63,673 nucleotides of DNA from IMG/VR virus record IMGVR_UViG_3300045970_000154, positions 1-63,673 of that record. One strand, 5' to 3'. Both the position numbers and the translations under genes were made by a program. The notes beneath the pieces were generated by a model, which saw only the letters and a program-made list of their open reading frames with translations, did not search any database and was not told the origin of the DNA. Shown here piece by piece: positions 19,082 to 29,911 of this stretch (positions are counted from its first letter, which is position 1; every line of letters begins with the position of its first letter). The stretch is from a virus. Lineage: Duplodnaviria; Caudoviricetes.

Positions 19082-19552
19082 TTAGGGATATTTGCTCCTA
19101 GCTTCAGCCATTTGCGACTTGGTTCTCCTGGTACGCTTCTTCTTTTCCTCAACGACAACCGGTGCGACATGTCGCACCTTCTTTTTCTTCTTGGCTGCTA
19201 GAGCTTTTGCCTTACGTGCTTTCTCTTTCAGCTTGTCTTCTTTTGCCTTTTCCTTCGCCTCTTTCTTCTGCCTTCGTTCGTTTGCAGCATCATCTTTCAC
19301 CTTCTTTGCTGCATCTATGATGGCCTGTGCTTCAGCTTTGATCTGCCTCTTCTCTCGGTTGATTATGGCAAGGGGTACGTGGTAGATAGGTTGACCGTAC
19401 TTAGTGATGTATTGCTCTTGGATGAGTTCTTCTTTGATCTTGTCGAAGCTGTTTAGGTAGGCTTGGCAGCGCACCTTAGTGTGAGTTGGGCATACATAAA
19501 GGCACACCAGTATATTCTTACGGCAGTCATCTATTGGGCAGTTAAGTAACAC
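19082..19552 (-). CDS. Cys-rich N-terminus, Lys-rich C-terminus protein (possible DNA-binding)
   Basis: Cys cluster and poly-K/R tail; contains an in-frame palindrome (VRHVAP). Confidence 0.6.
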   Translation of the reverse strand: MLLNCPIDDCRKNILVCLYVCPTHTKVRCQAYLNSFDKIKEELIQEQYITKYGQPIYHVPLAIINREKRQIKAEAQAIIDAAKKVKDDAANERRQKKEAKEKAKEDKLKEKARKAKALAAKKKKKVRHVAPVVVEEKKKRTRRTKSQMAEARSKYP

Positions 19553-19571
19553 TGGTGTCTCTCCTTAGTTA

Positions 19572-20417
19572 TTACCCTGAAAGTTCAATACGATTACGCA
19601 ACCCTTTGTTAAGCACTTCAAGGATAGCAGACGCGTATACCTTTGGGCCACCTTTAACATAGAATAGGCAGGCTTTGGTAATGCTAGACTGTATAGTAGC
19701 GTATCCTGCCCCGGCAAGCTTATCGTATAATTTTTGGTCAGTAAGACTGGTACCTTTAGGAAGCCTGGACTCTATGTATACTACCCCTTCAACCACTCTA
19801 GAAGAAAGTATTGACCCCTCACAAATGTCGGTAATTAGGGGCCATACTCTCTGTAGCACTTGGGGAGTTGATTTTGAAAGTTTTACTAAAGTTCCCACAC
19901 ATGATATAGTACCGGGTCCTGTATAGGTGCTGATTGTTCTACCTGTGGAACGTATAAGATTGTTAGCAATAACGGTACTATCTGCCCCTGTTACCACTGC
20001 TGCTTTGAATCTTGCAAGACCTGACAAAGGACCCCTGTTTACGTTAGATGCTAAGAATCCCGCTGCCTCTTCTTTAACCTCGCACGTAGGAAAGACCAAG
20101 CAAGGTAGTACTGTTATGTCACTACGGCGCATAGCTGCCTGCCATCTATGTTGTCCGTCAACAATCTTATAACTTCCGTCCCTATTTGCTACGGTCAACG
20201 CAGCGCAAGCAATCCAGGACCAGTCCCTAGCTATAGCCACACATTTAGGAACCCTTAGTGCTCTTTGATATGTATCATCTACGGATAGGTCGTTCTTATC
20301 TACCCACTCCAGAGAACATGGTGCGTTTTGCATCCTCCATTTATACCTGCTCACCTTAGATACTTCTACTCCATTTCCCATATCCACATACGCTAAACCT
20401 ACCTCCTGCATTGCCAT
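19572..20417 (-). CDS. ParB/sulfiredoxin-like N-terminal domain protein (DUF6551-like)
   Basis: VDDTYQR and IVDGQHRWQAA motifs. Confidence 0.75.
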   Translation of the reverse strand: MAMQEVGLAYVDMGNGVEVSKVSRYKWRMQNAPCSLEWVDKNDLSVDDTYQRALRVPKCVAIARDWSWIACAALTVANRDGSYKIVDGQHRWQAAMRRSDITVLPCLVFPTCEVKEEAAGFLASNVNRGPLSGLARFKAAVVTGADSTVIANNLIRSTGRTISTYTGPGTISCVGTLVKLSKSTPQVLQRVWPLITDICEGSILSSRVVEGVVYIESRLPKGTSLTDQKLYDKLAGAGYATIQSSITKACLFYVKGGPKVYASAILEVLNKGLRNRIELSG

Positions 20418-20432
20418 CTGTAGCTCCTTTAA

Positions 20433-21755
20433 TTAAAATCGTACATAGTGGAACCGGCTCTTGTCGAACTCCTTCATAAGACAGAAATCTTCCAGGACCG
20501 GTTTTCCTGGAACGCTTAGGAAGTTGCGGTAGGCACCGAACGCTATGGTAGCCTGATTCAACTGCTTGTCCTCATCAGAGCAGGACATTTTCAAGTATAG
20601 GTCGCAGTCGTTCACTGCGTTGGATACGAATCTTAAGGTGTCACCTTTAGAATCGTATTGTGCTGGTGTTATGATGCACAACTTGTGCTTGTGAGCGAAC
20701 GACTTTAGCTTCCTATTCTGCAACAGTGCATACTCCCAACTTGCTAGGTTAGGGTCGGAAGCTCCCCGAGGAATCAGATACGGGTAGTCTACTACGAAAG
20801 TCTTTACTCCCTGCGTGCTGCGTAACAACTCCATCTTGACAAACAGGTTGTCCCAATCGAGCCGTTCGTCTATCAAGAAGAACTTGTTGTCCCGTTTTGG
20901 GAACTGGTCAAACAACATAGTAAAGAAGGTTTGGTCGTCTTCTTTGGCAGTAGAGTTACAGAACGCTTCTATGTCGTCAGATGGGGCGCAGTAGAACTTA
21001 GCCTCTGCAATGCGCAGAATAAGCTCGTCTGCCTTGGTGATAGAGCCATCCACTATGGAGCCAAGATCGACTCCACTGTTGGCGCTCAGTATCCTGGCTC
21101 GTAGTTCCTCTTTGGATTGCTCGTAGGAGGTTATTGCTATCGAACCGGGGTAGTTAAGGTATTGGTAGTTGGCGAACTGTGTAGCCAGAATGGTTTTTCC
21201 CGACTTAGATTCACCCCCGATGATAGTCAATCCGCCTTCTATCAACCCACCACGTTCGTCTAAGGGTTCCAGCCCCGTCTTGCGGAAGTTGAACTTTACC
21301 TTCTTTCCTGCCATGTTAGCCATGTCGCATTCGGCTAACTTGTACTCACTCTCTACGAAGATCTGCTCGTAGCCCTTCTTGTACAGAGCCTTGACCTTCG
21401 AGGCATCCTTAGTCTCTACTGCGGTCACCAGCTCTTCTGAAATATCCATGACAGCTCTCAGGCTGCGGAAGTCTTCCAGCTCTGCGGTGAGCAAGTCAGC
21501 CGTTAGTCCGTCTACGTCGCGCTCCCTGATCTGGAGCAGGTACTTGGTCAGGAACTCTGCCCTACCTGGAGATTCACAGGCTCGATTGACAACACCGACC
21601 AGGGTATCCCAGCCGATGAACTCTCCGTTTTCAAGGTAGAATCTTTTTATCAGCAGGAAGAACTTTCCCAGGTCGGTGTTGCCAAACATCTCCGTTCCCA
21701 AACGTACAAGAAGCTCTGGATTTTTATCATCCATGAGCTTCTTGATGGCATTCAT
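20433..21755 (-). CDS. replicative DnaB-like helicase
   Basis: GGESKSGKT, SYEQ, VVDY and PAQ motifs. Confidence 0.85.
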   Translation of the reverse strand: MNAIKKLMDDKNPELLVRLGTEMFGNTDLGKFFLLIKRFYLENGEFIGWDTLVGVVNRACESPGRAEFLTKYLLQIRERDVDGLTADLLTAELEDFRSLRAVMDISEELVTAVETKDASKVKALYKKGYEQIFVESEYKLAECDMANMAGKKVKFNFRKTGLEPLDERGGLIEGGLTIIGGESKSGKTILATQFANYQYLNYPGSIAITSYEQSKEELRARILSANSGVDLGSIVDGSITKADELILRIAEAKFYCAPSDDIEAFCNSTAKEDDQTFFTMLFDQFPKRDNKFFLIDERLDWDNLFVKMELLRSTQGVKTFVVDYPYLIPRGASDPNLASWEYALLQNRKLKSFAHKHKLCIITPAQYDSKGDTLRFVSNAVNDCDLYLKMSCSDEDKQLNQATIAFGAYRNFLSVPGKPVLEDFCLMKEFDKSRFHYVRF

Positions 21756-21779
21756 TTCAGTTTGTACGTTATTGATAGT

Positions 21780-22085
21780 TTACTCCTTCTCCATCGTACC
21801 CAGTCTACGGTTCAGATAGAAGACAGCTTTCTCCAGATCTTCCCGTACCTTATTGGGGTCTTTCTTGCCACACCTCCAGATGTACTTGAAGGCATTCAGT
21901 AGATAACCATCCTTGTCTATTCCCAGAGACTCGGCTACATCCAAGCATTCGTACTTTCCGTCAGCATAGTGGGGTGGATGGTTGACCATGTCAGTCACTA
22001 CGTAGTCAGGGCTAACTTTACGAACAGGAGGCGGGTAGTCAGGTACTTTGTAGTAAGGATCGTCTGTAATTCCTGACGCCATCAA
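21780..22085 (-). CDS. DUF3310 family protein
   Basis: DMVNHPPHY...ECLD...NAFKYIWRCGKK...DLEKAVFYL. Confidence 0.85.
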   Translation of the reverse strand: MMASGITDDPYYKVPDYPPPVRKVSPDYVVTDMVNHPPHYADGKYECLDVAESLGIDKDGYLLNAFKYIWRCGKKDPNKVREDLEKAVFYLNRRLGTMEKE

Positions 22086-22311
22086 ATAACCTCCACAAGC
22101 TCAATCTCACCAGGAGTCAGGCAGCACTCGTACCCCTCAAGTTCGTAGGGGTAATTCGTATCTATTGACCTGTCCTCGATGTCATCCCAAACCGCAACGA
22201 TCTTTGCCATCGTCCCGATAGGTATATCATGGGGATTATTTGGGTCCAAGTTAGCGATTACCCTTACCAGTTGTCCTTCTTTAAACTCACTCAAATTTAA
22301 TCTCCTCTCGA

Positions 22312-22593
22312 CTAGCGGTTAGGGTGGTACTGAAGGTAGGCATGCCACACATAAGAACCCTGCACAAAACTTCCAACATGCTCGGTATTTTCAGGGATTG
22401 GCTGTCCGGTTCCTACCACAAAAATAACAAACAGCTCGTTTATAGGTCCTGGTCTATTTTCCACCCACACACACGGCATACCTGTAGGGTCAAGACCTAC
22501 ATGAACTATCTTGCTACTAACTCCTACCTCTCTACTTACTCGAATAGTCTGCTGGTAGTCTACATGCAACGGATATTTGTATACGGTTCTCAT
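22312..22593 (-). CDS. conserved phage hypothetical protein
   Basis: MRTVYKYPL...VGTGQPIP...VWH motif. Confidence 0.65.
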   Translation of the reverse strand: MRTVYKYPLHVDYQQTIRVSREVGVSSKIVHVGLDPTGMPCVWVENRPGPINELFVIFVVGTGQPIPENTEHVGSFVQGSYVWHAYLQYHPNR

Positions 22594-22601
22594 ATACCTC
22601 C

Positions 22602-23918
22602 TTAGCGGTTATCTACGAAAAAGTAATCTTCAGCACCTAGTGAATACTTCTGTTTCTTGTACCAACGCATTCGGTTCCTAGCAAACGTCCCAGCCAGCTT
22701 GCCGCTATCAGCCAAGTCGTAGACTACTGGAGTAGGTTTACCCACAACCGGTCGAACAATACGCCCCACTAACTGAATAATAGCCGCTTCATTGTTGCTT
22801 GGTTTAGCCAACACTAGAGTATCCAGCATCGGCAAATCTAGTCCCTTGTCCGCTTTCTTAACGGTCAAGATTACGTCTATCAATCCCGCTGCCAAGTCAC
22901 TCCGAAGCTTCCGGTCTTGAATCATCGAGGTCGTTCCACAGTACAAAACAGATCGGCAAAATTTCGACAATACGACATGTATGTACTTTAGTTGGGCAAT
23001 AGTGATACCAATGACAAGTATACGGCGCTTTAACAATACCGCTTCTCGAACCAGTTCGATGATGATTCCATTCCGTATGTCACTATCAGCTAACCCACTG
23101 CAAATCTTAGTGAACATGTCTGGAGTGTCGTACTCGAACTGCACTCTAGTCGGAACAAAAACCACCGATGGTACCAAGGCATGCTCGTCAATCATCTCGA
23201 CCGAAACATCGGCAATAAGATCGGTAAGAACTTCGTTGGTGAAGCCTTTTCTCATCACGGTAGCTGAGGTTCCTATGCGGTATTTGTTGTTGAGACGGAA
23301 CAGTACGTTCCGGTACGTTCCGGCTGCTGCGGTGTGGAATTCGTCTACTAAGACCATTCCAAATTCTTCTTTGATCTTTCGTACTAAATCAGGATTTCGA
23401 TGCAGGAATTGGAACGTAGCTATTGTGACATCGCCAAACGTATCCGTATCTTTGTCCAGAATATGCACCGTCTTATTCCAGACAATTTGAAACGCCTCTT
23501 GCCATTGCGAAACCAGACTGCCCATGTCCACCAGGACTAAGGTTTTACGTCCCACCATTCCAGCAGCATAGGTAAGTACGACAGTCTTTCCGCAAGAGCA
23601 GGGCGCTCTCAGTACAGCGTATAGGTGTGAATTGCAGAATTCTACAAGGTCTTTCGAGGGATTTGTTTGGTGGGGGCGGAACGTGAACGCAGGGTTGAGA
23701 GTGTACGGCTCAGATACAGGCTTGCCAAAAGAACGGTCATCAATAATCTCCTCATTTAGTAGGTGAGCAACCTTGTTGAGCTTGGTTGCATTCAGGGGAA
23801 GGTATGCGACTCCGTCGCAGTACAGGTAGTTTCGGATTGAGTCTCCGTTGTACGCCTCATGGCAATAGAGTCGAAGCACTTCCGCTGTGTGTTCCGCTGG
23901 AAGGTTGACCTTTGCCAT
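22602..23918 (-). CDS. SF2 DExH helicase (T5 D10-like)
   Basis: APCSCGKT, VDEFH, GTSAT, GLDLP, QLVGRIVR. Confidence 0.9.
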   Translation of the reverse strand: MAKVNLPAEHTAEVLRLYCHEAYNGDSIRNYLYCDGVAYLPLNATKLNKVAHLLNEEIIDDRSFGKPVSEPYTLNPAFTFRPHQTNPSKDLVEFCNSHLYAVLRAPCSCGKTVVLTYAAGMVGRKTLVLVDMGSLVSQWQEAFQIVWNKTVHILDKDTDTFGDVTIATFQFLHRNPDLVRKIKEEFGMVLVDEFHTAAAGTYRNVLFRLNNKYRIGTSATVMRKGFTNEVLTDLIADVSVEMIDEHALVPSVVFVPTRVQFEYDTPDMFTKICSGLADSDIRNGIIIELVREAVLLKRRILVIGITIAQLKYIHVVLSKFCRSVLYCGTTSMIQDRKLRSDLAAGLIDVILTVKKADKGLDLPMLDTLVLAKPSNNEAAIIQLVGRIVRPVVGKPTPVVYDLADSGKLAGTFARNRMRWYKKQKYSLGAEDYFFVDNR

Positions 23919-24156
23919 GTTCTTCAGTTGTATGCTCAGTTAGCCTCCTTCGGAAAGAGTATAAACACTTCCGTAGCCTGGGTTACTGACGGTAACTGTC
24001 CCGTCCTTGAGTGCCTTTCCCAGCAACGAGTAGGTGAAGATTCCACCCAATGCCCAATATGTAGCTGAGTTGCCTTTGCTTTTCAGGTAGGTGGTTAGGT
24101 CTTCCATAGTCTTCTTTGGGTCGGGCATTCGTTACCTCTTTCGTTTATGATGGTGC

Positions 24157-24185
24157 ATTCTATCACGACTTTCTATTCTTGTCAA
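24157..24185 (-). promoter_or_regulatory. sigma70-type promoter TTGACA-17-TAGAAT
   Basis: Near consensus; TCACATCTGCATA box upstream. Confidence 0.75.
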
Positions 24186-24683
24186 GCTAAATATGCAGAT
24201 GTGATTATTTAATCTTTTTCTTCGTCCTTGAACTTTACAGGAAACGTATACGTTCCGATAGCCACAAATACTGCTACGAATAGCATGTATGCGTTAAGTG
24301 GATTCCTGTTTAAAAAGTCTGCTCCACCATACCAGAACATAAGTACAATTACTGAGAATGCGGAAATGGAGATCCAGTATCTAGTTTTCATGTTACACCT
24401 CACCAGTGATGAATGTTAGTTACAATAATTACTTTTCTTCGCCTATGATTTGTTGCATTTTCCGGGTGGTGAAGGTTCCTTCTTCTTCTCCGTCATAGTC
24501 ACCGAGAGTGATTGCGTCCAGGGTCATAGCTACCGGAAGGGTAGCTACGTTGATGGCTGTGCTTATTAATGCGCTAAATAATCCCATTTTAAACTCCTTA
24601 CCAATGATGTATGTTAGTTACAATAATTGCTACGTTCGTGACAATGTTGAGAACAGTTACGACTACCATCAACCACTTACTCA

Positions 24684-25385
24684 CTAGACATAACTCCTAA
24701 GCGAAGCAAATACCATCTCATACCCCTTCGGACTCAGGTGAATTCCGTCGCACCAAAGATCTTTACGTAGCCAGCTATACGAGTCTACCAAATCTGAGTA
24801 GTCCCAGGACATAGCGAGTCCGTTCTTACTAGCTACACTCATGATGAACATGTTGTAGTTTCGTATCCTAGCACGGATGTTCTTATGGTAAGCATCAAAA
24901 GGCTTGCCAATAGGACAGATTGGCAGTAGATACAGCCGTGGCTTATTAGCACTAGGGTTAGTCAGGATAGCATTAACCAACTGCGTGTACGTCTTCTCGT
25001 ACTCACACGGCAGTATTCCTGCTTGGAGATCGTTGATGCCGACCCTCAAGAAGATCTTACTAGGGTTGGAAGCGAGGATAGGTCCTATCCGTTTAAGTAC
25101 ATCTTCGGTGGTGTTACCGCCGACTCCTTGGTTGCTTGTCAGAACCAAAGGAAATGCCTTGGAGAAGTTTCCCAAGTAGGTAATCGAGTCTCCCAAGAAA
25201 ACTACTGCTCCAGGAGCCAAGGTTCTTACGTCTGTGTCGTTCAGCTTGCCATCAGAGAACGGCTTAGGTAGGTTGATTTCAGGTGGAAGATCTCGCTGCC
25301 CTCTGAAGACAAGGGAGATCCAGTAGGCGAGGTGTTTCGGGAAGCATTTAAGGGTCAATTTCATTCTCCAGGTTGCGTAGTCCAA
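24684..25385 (-). CDS. SGNH/GDSL hydrolase
   Basis: FLGDSIT, NQGVGG, GINDL and DGIH blocks. Confidence 0.9.
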   Translation of the reverse strand: MDYATWRMKLTLKCFPKHLAYWISLVFRGQRDLPPEINLPKPFSDGKLNDTDVRTLAPGAVVFLGDSITYLGNFSKAFPLVLTSNQGVGGNTTEDVLKRIGPILASNPSKIFLRVGINDLQAGILPCEYEKTYTQLVNAILTNPSANKPRLYLLPICPIGKPFDAYHKNIRARIRNYNMFIMSVASKNGLAMSWDYSDLVDSYSWLRKDLWCDGIHLSPKGYEMVFASLRSYV

Positions 25386-25777
25386 ATCTGTCGCTAATAC
25401 TTTCCGCTTGGATCTTACAACATATCGTCCAAGACATAGCTGCTACTCCGCTGAATTGTTGTTCAGTATTCGAGGTGTCCGTCAGCATCTTTACAACGGC
25501 CTGAGCAGTTTCTTTGACTCCAAGGTTATACTCTGCTTTGTTCTCGGCAATGGCAGACGCTTGTCCAGCTTCAAACGCTAGGCGCATATCATCAATGTAG
25601 AGAGTCTCCTCAGGTACTTGGTACGTATCCCACCACTCGGCAAAGTTCATAAATCCTCCTTAGCTTTCATTCTCCAGGTCACAACCACAGTAGGGACAGA
25701 ACATAAAGTCGTCCGTTTCAATAAACTCCAGCATACGTTGGGCGTAGTCCCATTCCAAGCAATCGTTCGTGCATATT

Positions 25778-26212
25778 TTAGGCATACTTCCTCCAGATAG
25801 TGTCATAAGCTGCTCGGTATTTAAGGTATCTCTTGTCGTCAGCAGAAGTAGGATTAGGTATCCGTTCCGTATTCATGTTGTCTTCCAAGTCATTCAGTTT
25901 AACAATAGAAGCCAACTCATTCTGAGACACTCGCTGGATGTACTCCGTGTAGTTTTCTCCTTGCACCTTGGTCAGCGCAGCAATGGCTTCGATTACTGTT
26001 GCGGAGAAGCCTTCACTACTCAGCCGTTCCAGCGGCCAGTTCTGCGGGTTATCCTCAACAACATCATGAAGAACAGCTACGATGCGTTCCTCGTCTGTGG
26101 ACATTCCGCACATCACCCTAATGGGATGCAGGATGTAAGGCTCTCCTGCTTTATCTACCTGTCCGTTGTGCGCCATAGTTGCAATGATGATTGCCTGACT
26201 AAGCTGATTCAT
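25778..26212 (-). CDS. HD-domain protein resembling the RelA/SpoT (p)ppGpp hydrolase domain
   Basis: AHNGQVDKAGEPYILHP, VLHDVVED, VKLNDLEDN. Confidence 0.85.
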   Translation of the reverse strand: MNQLSQAIIIATMAHNGQVDKAGEPYILHPIRVMCGMSTDEERIVAVLHDVVEDNPQNWPLERLSSEGFSATVIEAIAALTKVQGENYTEYIQRVSQNELASIVKLNDLEDNMNTERIPNPTSADDKRYLKYRAAYDTIWRKYA

Positions 26213-26228
26213 AATCTTCCTCCTAATT

Positions 26229-26560
26229 AGAAAGGGCGAGGTTTCCCTCGCCCTAGTAGCTTACTGGTTAGCGCATCGACTCCAGCCCTTGTAGCCCATG
26301 CAGTCGCTGAACGCACCCTGCTCTTCAAACGGATTGTATACGTCACCGAATTGGGCCATCTGTCTCGCCCGAAGGCTGCAATCAAACTTGTCCTTGCTGA
26401 AGTCTTGTGACACAGCCCCAGGCTTGCACAATCTCGTGGGGGCGCATCCTGCCAGAGCAGAAGCAACAATCAAAACACAAAGTATCCTTTTCATGTGGTT
26501 CTCCTTTAGGTAGGTGCGACATGTCGCACCAAGTAGAAAGGGCGAGGTTTCCCTCGCCCT
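26229..26560 (-). terminator. two identical terminator hairpins (26229-26254 and 26535-26560) flanking a lipoprotein gene
   Basis: AGGGCGAGGGAAACCTCGCCCT followed by TTCT occurs twice. Confidence 0.7.
26261..26494 (-). CDS. small lipoprotein
   Basis: Signal peptide with LAGC lipobox. Confidence 0.75.
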   Translation of the reverse strand: MKRILCVLIVASALAGCAPTRLCKPGAVSQDFSKDKFDCSLRARQMAQFGDVYNPFEEQGAFSDCMGYKGWSRCANQ

Positions 26561-26565
26561 TCGGC

Positions 26566-26937
26566 CTATTCTCCTGCTGCAACTATCTCCATCTCCGACA
26601 AGAGCTTTTTACCTTTTGGGGATAGAAAAACTGCCTTCCTTCGGGGGTTGTCCAGGTCAGGCTCCATGACCACCAGCTCATAGCCTTCTACCTTTCTGTC
26701 AGGACCCGATCCCTTGACGTATCGGTACAGTTTGCGAATGTTACGGCTGACCGTACCTTGAGGCATTGATGTTAAGTTCTGCAACTCTGTGAGGGTTACT
26801 CCCTCTTGCTCCGCTACTTTTAGGAATAGAATGATCTGCTGTACCGGTAGGTCCACAGCATCCAACTTTTTCCTGAAAAACTGCAATACTTCGTACAGAT
26901 TCTTTCCGACTCCGCCAACTGCCGCTGCTGCTGTCAT
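26566..26937 (-). CDS. MarR-family winged-helix regulator
   Basis: TLTELQNLTSMPQGTVSRNIRKL and DNPRRKAVFLSPKGK. Confidence 0.85.
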   Translation of the reverse strand: MTAAAAVGGVGKNLYEVLQFFRKKLDAVDLPVQQIILFLKVAEQEGVTLTELQNLTSMPQGTVSRNIRKLYRYVKGSGPDRKVEGYELVVMEPDLDNPRRKAVFLSPKGKKLLSEMEIVAAGE

Positions 26938-26975
26938 TTGTAGTTCCTCCCTTAAAAGTGGTATGTCATGGGCTA

Positions 26976-27003
26976 AGTATACACGGTGCGCATGTCATGT
27001 CAA
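26976..27003 (-). promoter_or_regulatory. sigma70-type promoter TTGACA-16-TATACT
   Basis: Directly upstream of the MarR gene. Confidence 0.6.
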
Positions 27004-27029
27004 TATGTTTTTTTATGCAGAACTGATTT

Positions 27030-27629
27030 TTAATGTTTGTGAAAAACAACGTCTCGCTGGAACTTTTTGATGTACCAACAAGCACCACATGCTTCGCACT
27101 TACCGGGACACTCCAAAGCATCTACCGGAATCCTTGTCTCCGTTCCGTCCTGCATCCAGGCCACAGGGAAGTTATGAGGATTGTCCATAGGCAACCCAGG
27201 CCAACCAGAGAACATCATAACAAGGTTTTCAGGTAGAGTATTGAACGGCTCGTTGTGTACCTTGTTCACGATAGCGTACTGCTTGGTGAAGCACAAGAAC
27301 TTTACCGTGGGATGCTCAAGAGCAGTCTCACACATATTAATGTAAAAACGAGGCGAAATGATATCGCCGCCAACGAACCAGCGGAAAAATAAACCCCTCT
27401 TGTAACCCTCCAGATACGCCTTAAGTTCATTGAAAAATCCTTCGATGTCTTCGGTAGCCTGCTTGAAGTTGTGGTCCCACGCCGCTCTGGTCTGAGGATA
27501 CTGCTTGTAAGGCTGAATAGCATAGCAATCCTTACCGCAGATACTAGAACACCCATTGCAGGATGCGATGGGTGTCAGTGAGATGTTAACGGTTGCTCCT
27601 AGCTTGGTGTTGCCTTGAGAGATTCTCAA
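27030..27629 (-). CDS. Gp88-like Cys-rich (radical-SAM-related) phage protein
   Basis: GNTKLG, C..C...C...CYA, FRWFVGGDI, FTK, C-terminal CxxCxxC. Confidence 0.65.
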   Translation of the reverse strand: MRISQGNTKLGATVNISLTPIASCNGCSSICGKDCYAIQPYKQYPQTRAAWDHNFKQATEDIEGFFNELKAYLEGYKRGLFFRWFVGGDIISPRFYINMCETALEHPTVKFLCFTKQYAIVNKVHNEPFNTLPENLVMMFSGWPGLPMDNPHNFPVAWMQDGTETRIPVDALECPGKCEACGACWYIKKFQRDVVFHKH

Positions 27630-28690
27630 GTGGATTCACCTCCTTAACCTCGGTGTTTGTCAGGCCAAAGTAAGAAATCTCCTTCTTCATAGTTGCTCGG
27701 GATAATGCAAGAACTCTTTTCTATGTTGACTATCTGGTAGTCAATTAAGCACGAGCCAGGAGAGAAATCCCTCTGGTGTTCTCTGAGGACCTCGTTAATG
27801 CCGTCCGACGCCTCACAATCATCGTCAACGTCCAACAGAATTTCTAGCGTAAGTATGTAGGCCATGATGTTCTCCTCTACTACTCGGTTAGTATACCCTT
27901 CCCTCAGGCATACCGTGAAAGTGCGCTCTCATTGTTGACTCGTCATAGTAGTGACACTTAGGGCATACCTTGATAGCTACCCTACCGATGTCGATCTCGC
28001 TATCGTTCTCGTAGTCGTTGGCCGGTACGTCCTTTCCTGTGATGTGCCAAGTCAGTTCATGTCCATCGTTAGGGCAGACCATATCTGTCTCCGTTCCAGG
28101 CTCCATTCTGCCCGTCCTCATACCCTCGGGTATATGCCGTAAGCTCAGCTCCTGGTGTAGTGGTTAGTGTAGCTGCTAGCAACACCCGCAGCGCGGTACG
28201 CATCTGCTGTCGAGTCGCACCGTACTCTTCTTTCGCAATCTCTACTGCTACTCCGAGTGTCATAGCACTACTCCTTTGCCCACCTCAGGGCCTCTTCTAG
28301 TTTCATGTCAAAACTTACGTCATAACCAATGATATAGGAGTCCATATACCTAACTTCCCCAGTCCTTAAGAAGGTAAACCACGCTGAATCAAGCATAAGT
28401 CCTTGCCATATCTCGTCAGAGCGTCCGGCAAACAGTGTACTAGGGAAGTTGGTAGTGGGCATCTCTATCTCCTTTATCTCAAGCGTAGTCGGTTGATTTC
28501 ATCCACCAGCATCAGTTGTATCTGGTCTTTCTAGTTGTCCTGAATAAACTTCAGGGCCTTGTAATCCAGCACTCTAATCCTGTCCATCCCTACTTCTGAC
28601 AATACGCCGGTAGCAAACTTCTCGTCTTCGGTCAGTTCGGGAGCATCCTCTTCATCTGCCAGTTCTATCATCTCTTCTAACTCGTCCATG

Positions 28691-29308
28691 TCAGCTCCAG
28701 TCCACTTCGATGTCATCGAACAGGCAACCGTAATCACTCAGTTGCAAATCTTCCAACAGGCACAGCATGAGATCTCTTAGGTCAGGATGAGCAGCTTTGG
28801 CTGTTCTTTGCAATAGTACAGTACGCCAATGGCGTATGTTTCCAGACATTCTGAGAACAGTCTTGGTACACAGGGGAAGAACAGACCTTGCTTCCTGTGC
28901 TGTTGCTCCTGCCCCGACCAAAGCGATGTAGGCTTCCTCTGCTGCTTCTACTGCCTTCCTCCAGGTAGTCAGTATTTCTGGTGTGATGTTACGAAATGTA
29001 GGCATTACTACAGATATGCCGTCAAATTTAGCCTGAGCGTAGCAAACGTACCGAGTTGACTCTTGGCTGAAGCTATTCAAGCGGTGCCTTACCAACTCGT
29101 TAGCTATTGCTCGGTCTGTCACAATATCCACAGTCAGAGAAGCATGTTCGAGCACGCTCTCGTGCTTACTCTTAATCAACCTTCTGATAAACCCCTCAGG
29201 GTCACCTTTAGGTTCCGACAGGTAGCAGATTCGGCCAGCTTCTTCTATCACCTCAAGCATGTTCGGGGTGTATGTAACTATTGTTACGCTAGGTTTTACG
29301 ATTCGCAC
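28691..29308 (-). CDS. thyX: flavin-dependent thymidylate synthase
   Basis: HESVLEH, ELVRHRLNSFSQESTRY (RHRx7S), ARSVLP. Confidence 0.93.
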   Translation of the reverse strand: MRIVKPSVTIVTYTPNMLEVIEEAGRICYLSEPKGDPEGFIRRLIKSKHESVLEHASLTVDIVTDRAIANELVRHRLNSFSQESTRYVCYAQAKFDGISVVMPTFRNITPEILTTWRKAVEAAEEAYIALVGAGATAQEARSVLPLCTKTVLRMSGNIRHWRTVLLQRTAKAAHPDLRDLMLCLLEDLQLSDYGCLFDDIEVDWS

Positions 29309-29533
29309 TGCGTTCCTCCATCATTCTATCTGCGGTAGCCAAGGCTACTTTAACAGCCGTGCCCAGATGGTCAGCCTTCTCGTGGTAGTTAAAGTTCTCA
29401 GCCCAATACACGCTGGATGCCATGCCCTGCATAACTACTCCAGCATACCAATCTCTAAGTTCCATATCCTTGGCTCGTAGAGTATGAACAGTTGTCGAAC
29501 CTTCAGGTGGTTTAGGTGGCGGTGGAGACATCC

Positions 29534-29881
29534 TCATGCAGCCATCTCCAATTCTGGTTCCAGCTCCAGAAACAGTTCGTGCTCTTCCTGTAGGAAGTAA
29601 ATATCATAAGGCTCGGAAATATCTTCCTTCTCTTCCTCGATGACTTCTCCAGCTACCAGCTCGTCGTTGATAGGGTAGTTGGCCTGCATCCACTTCTTGA
29701 ACTTACAGGCCAGCTCTTCACTAAAACAATGACCAGCTATGAGTTTTCCTAGCTGGTCATTTAGTGCCATCCCTTTCAGGGACTGGCCTACGTACTCTTT
29801 GGCATCTTGAATTTCGATGAACAGTGGTGAGTTAGGGTTTAGCGTCTCGGATAGGAATGAATCAACATTGATATAAAGCAT
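29534..29881 (-). CDS. acidic hypothetical protein
   Basis: 115 aa with AGGAG RBS. Confidence 0.5.
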   Translation of the reverse strand: MLYINVDSFLSETLNPNSPLFIEIQDAKEYVGQSLKGMALNDQLGKLIAGHCFSEELACKFKKWMQANYPINDELVAGEVIEEEKEDISEPYDIYFLQEEHELFLELEPELEMAA

Positions 29882-29911
29882 TGAACTCCTTAGAAGAATT
29901 TAGAGTAGTAT

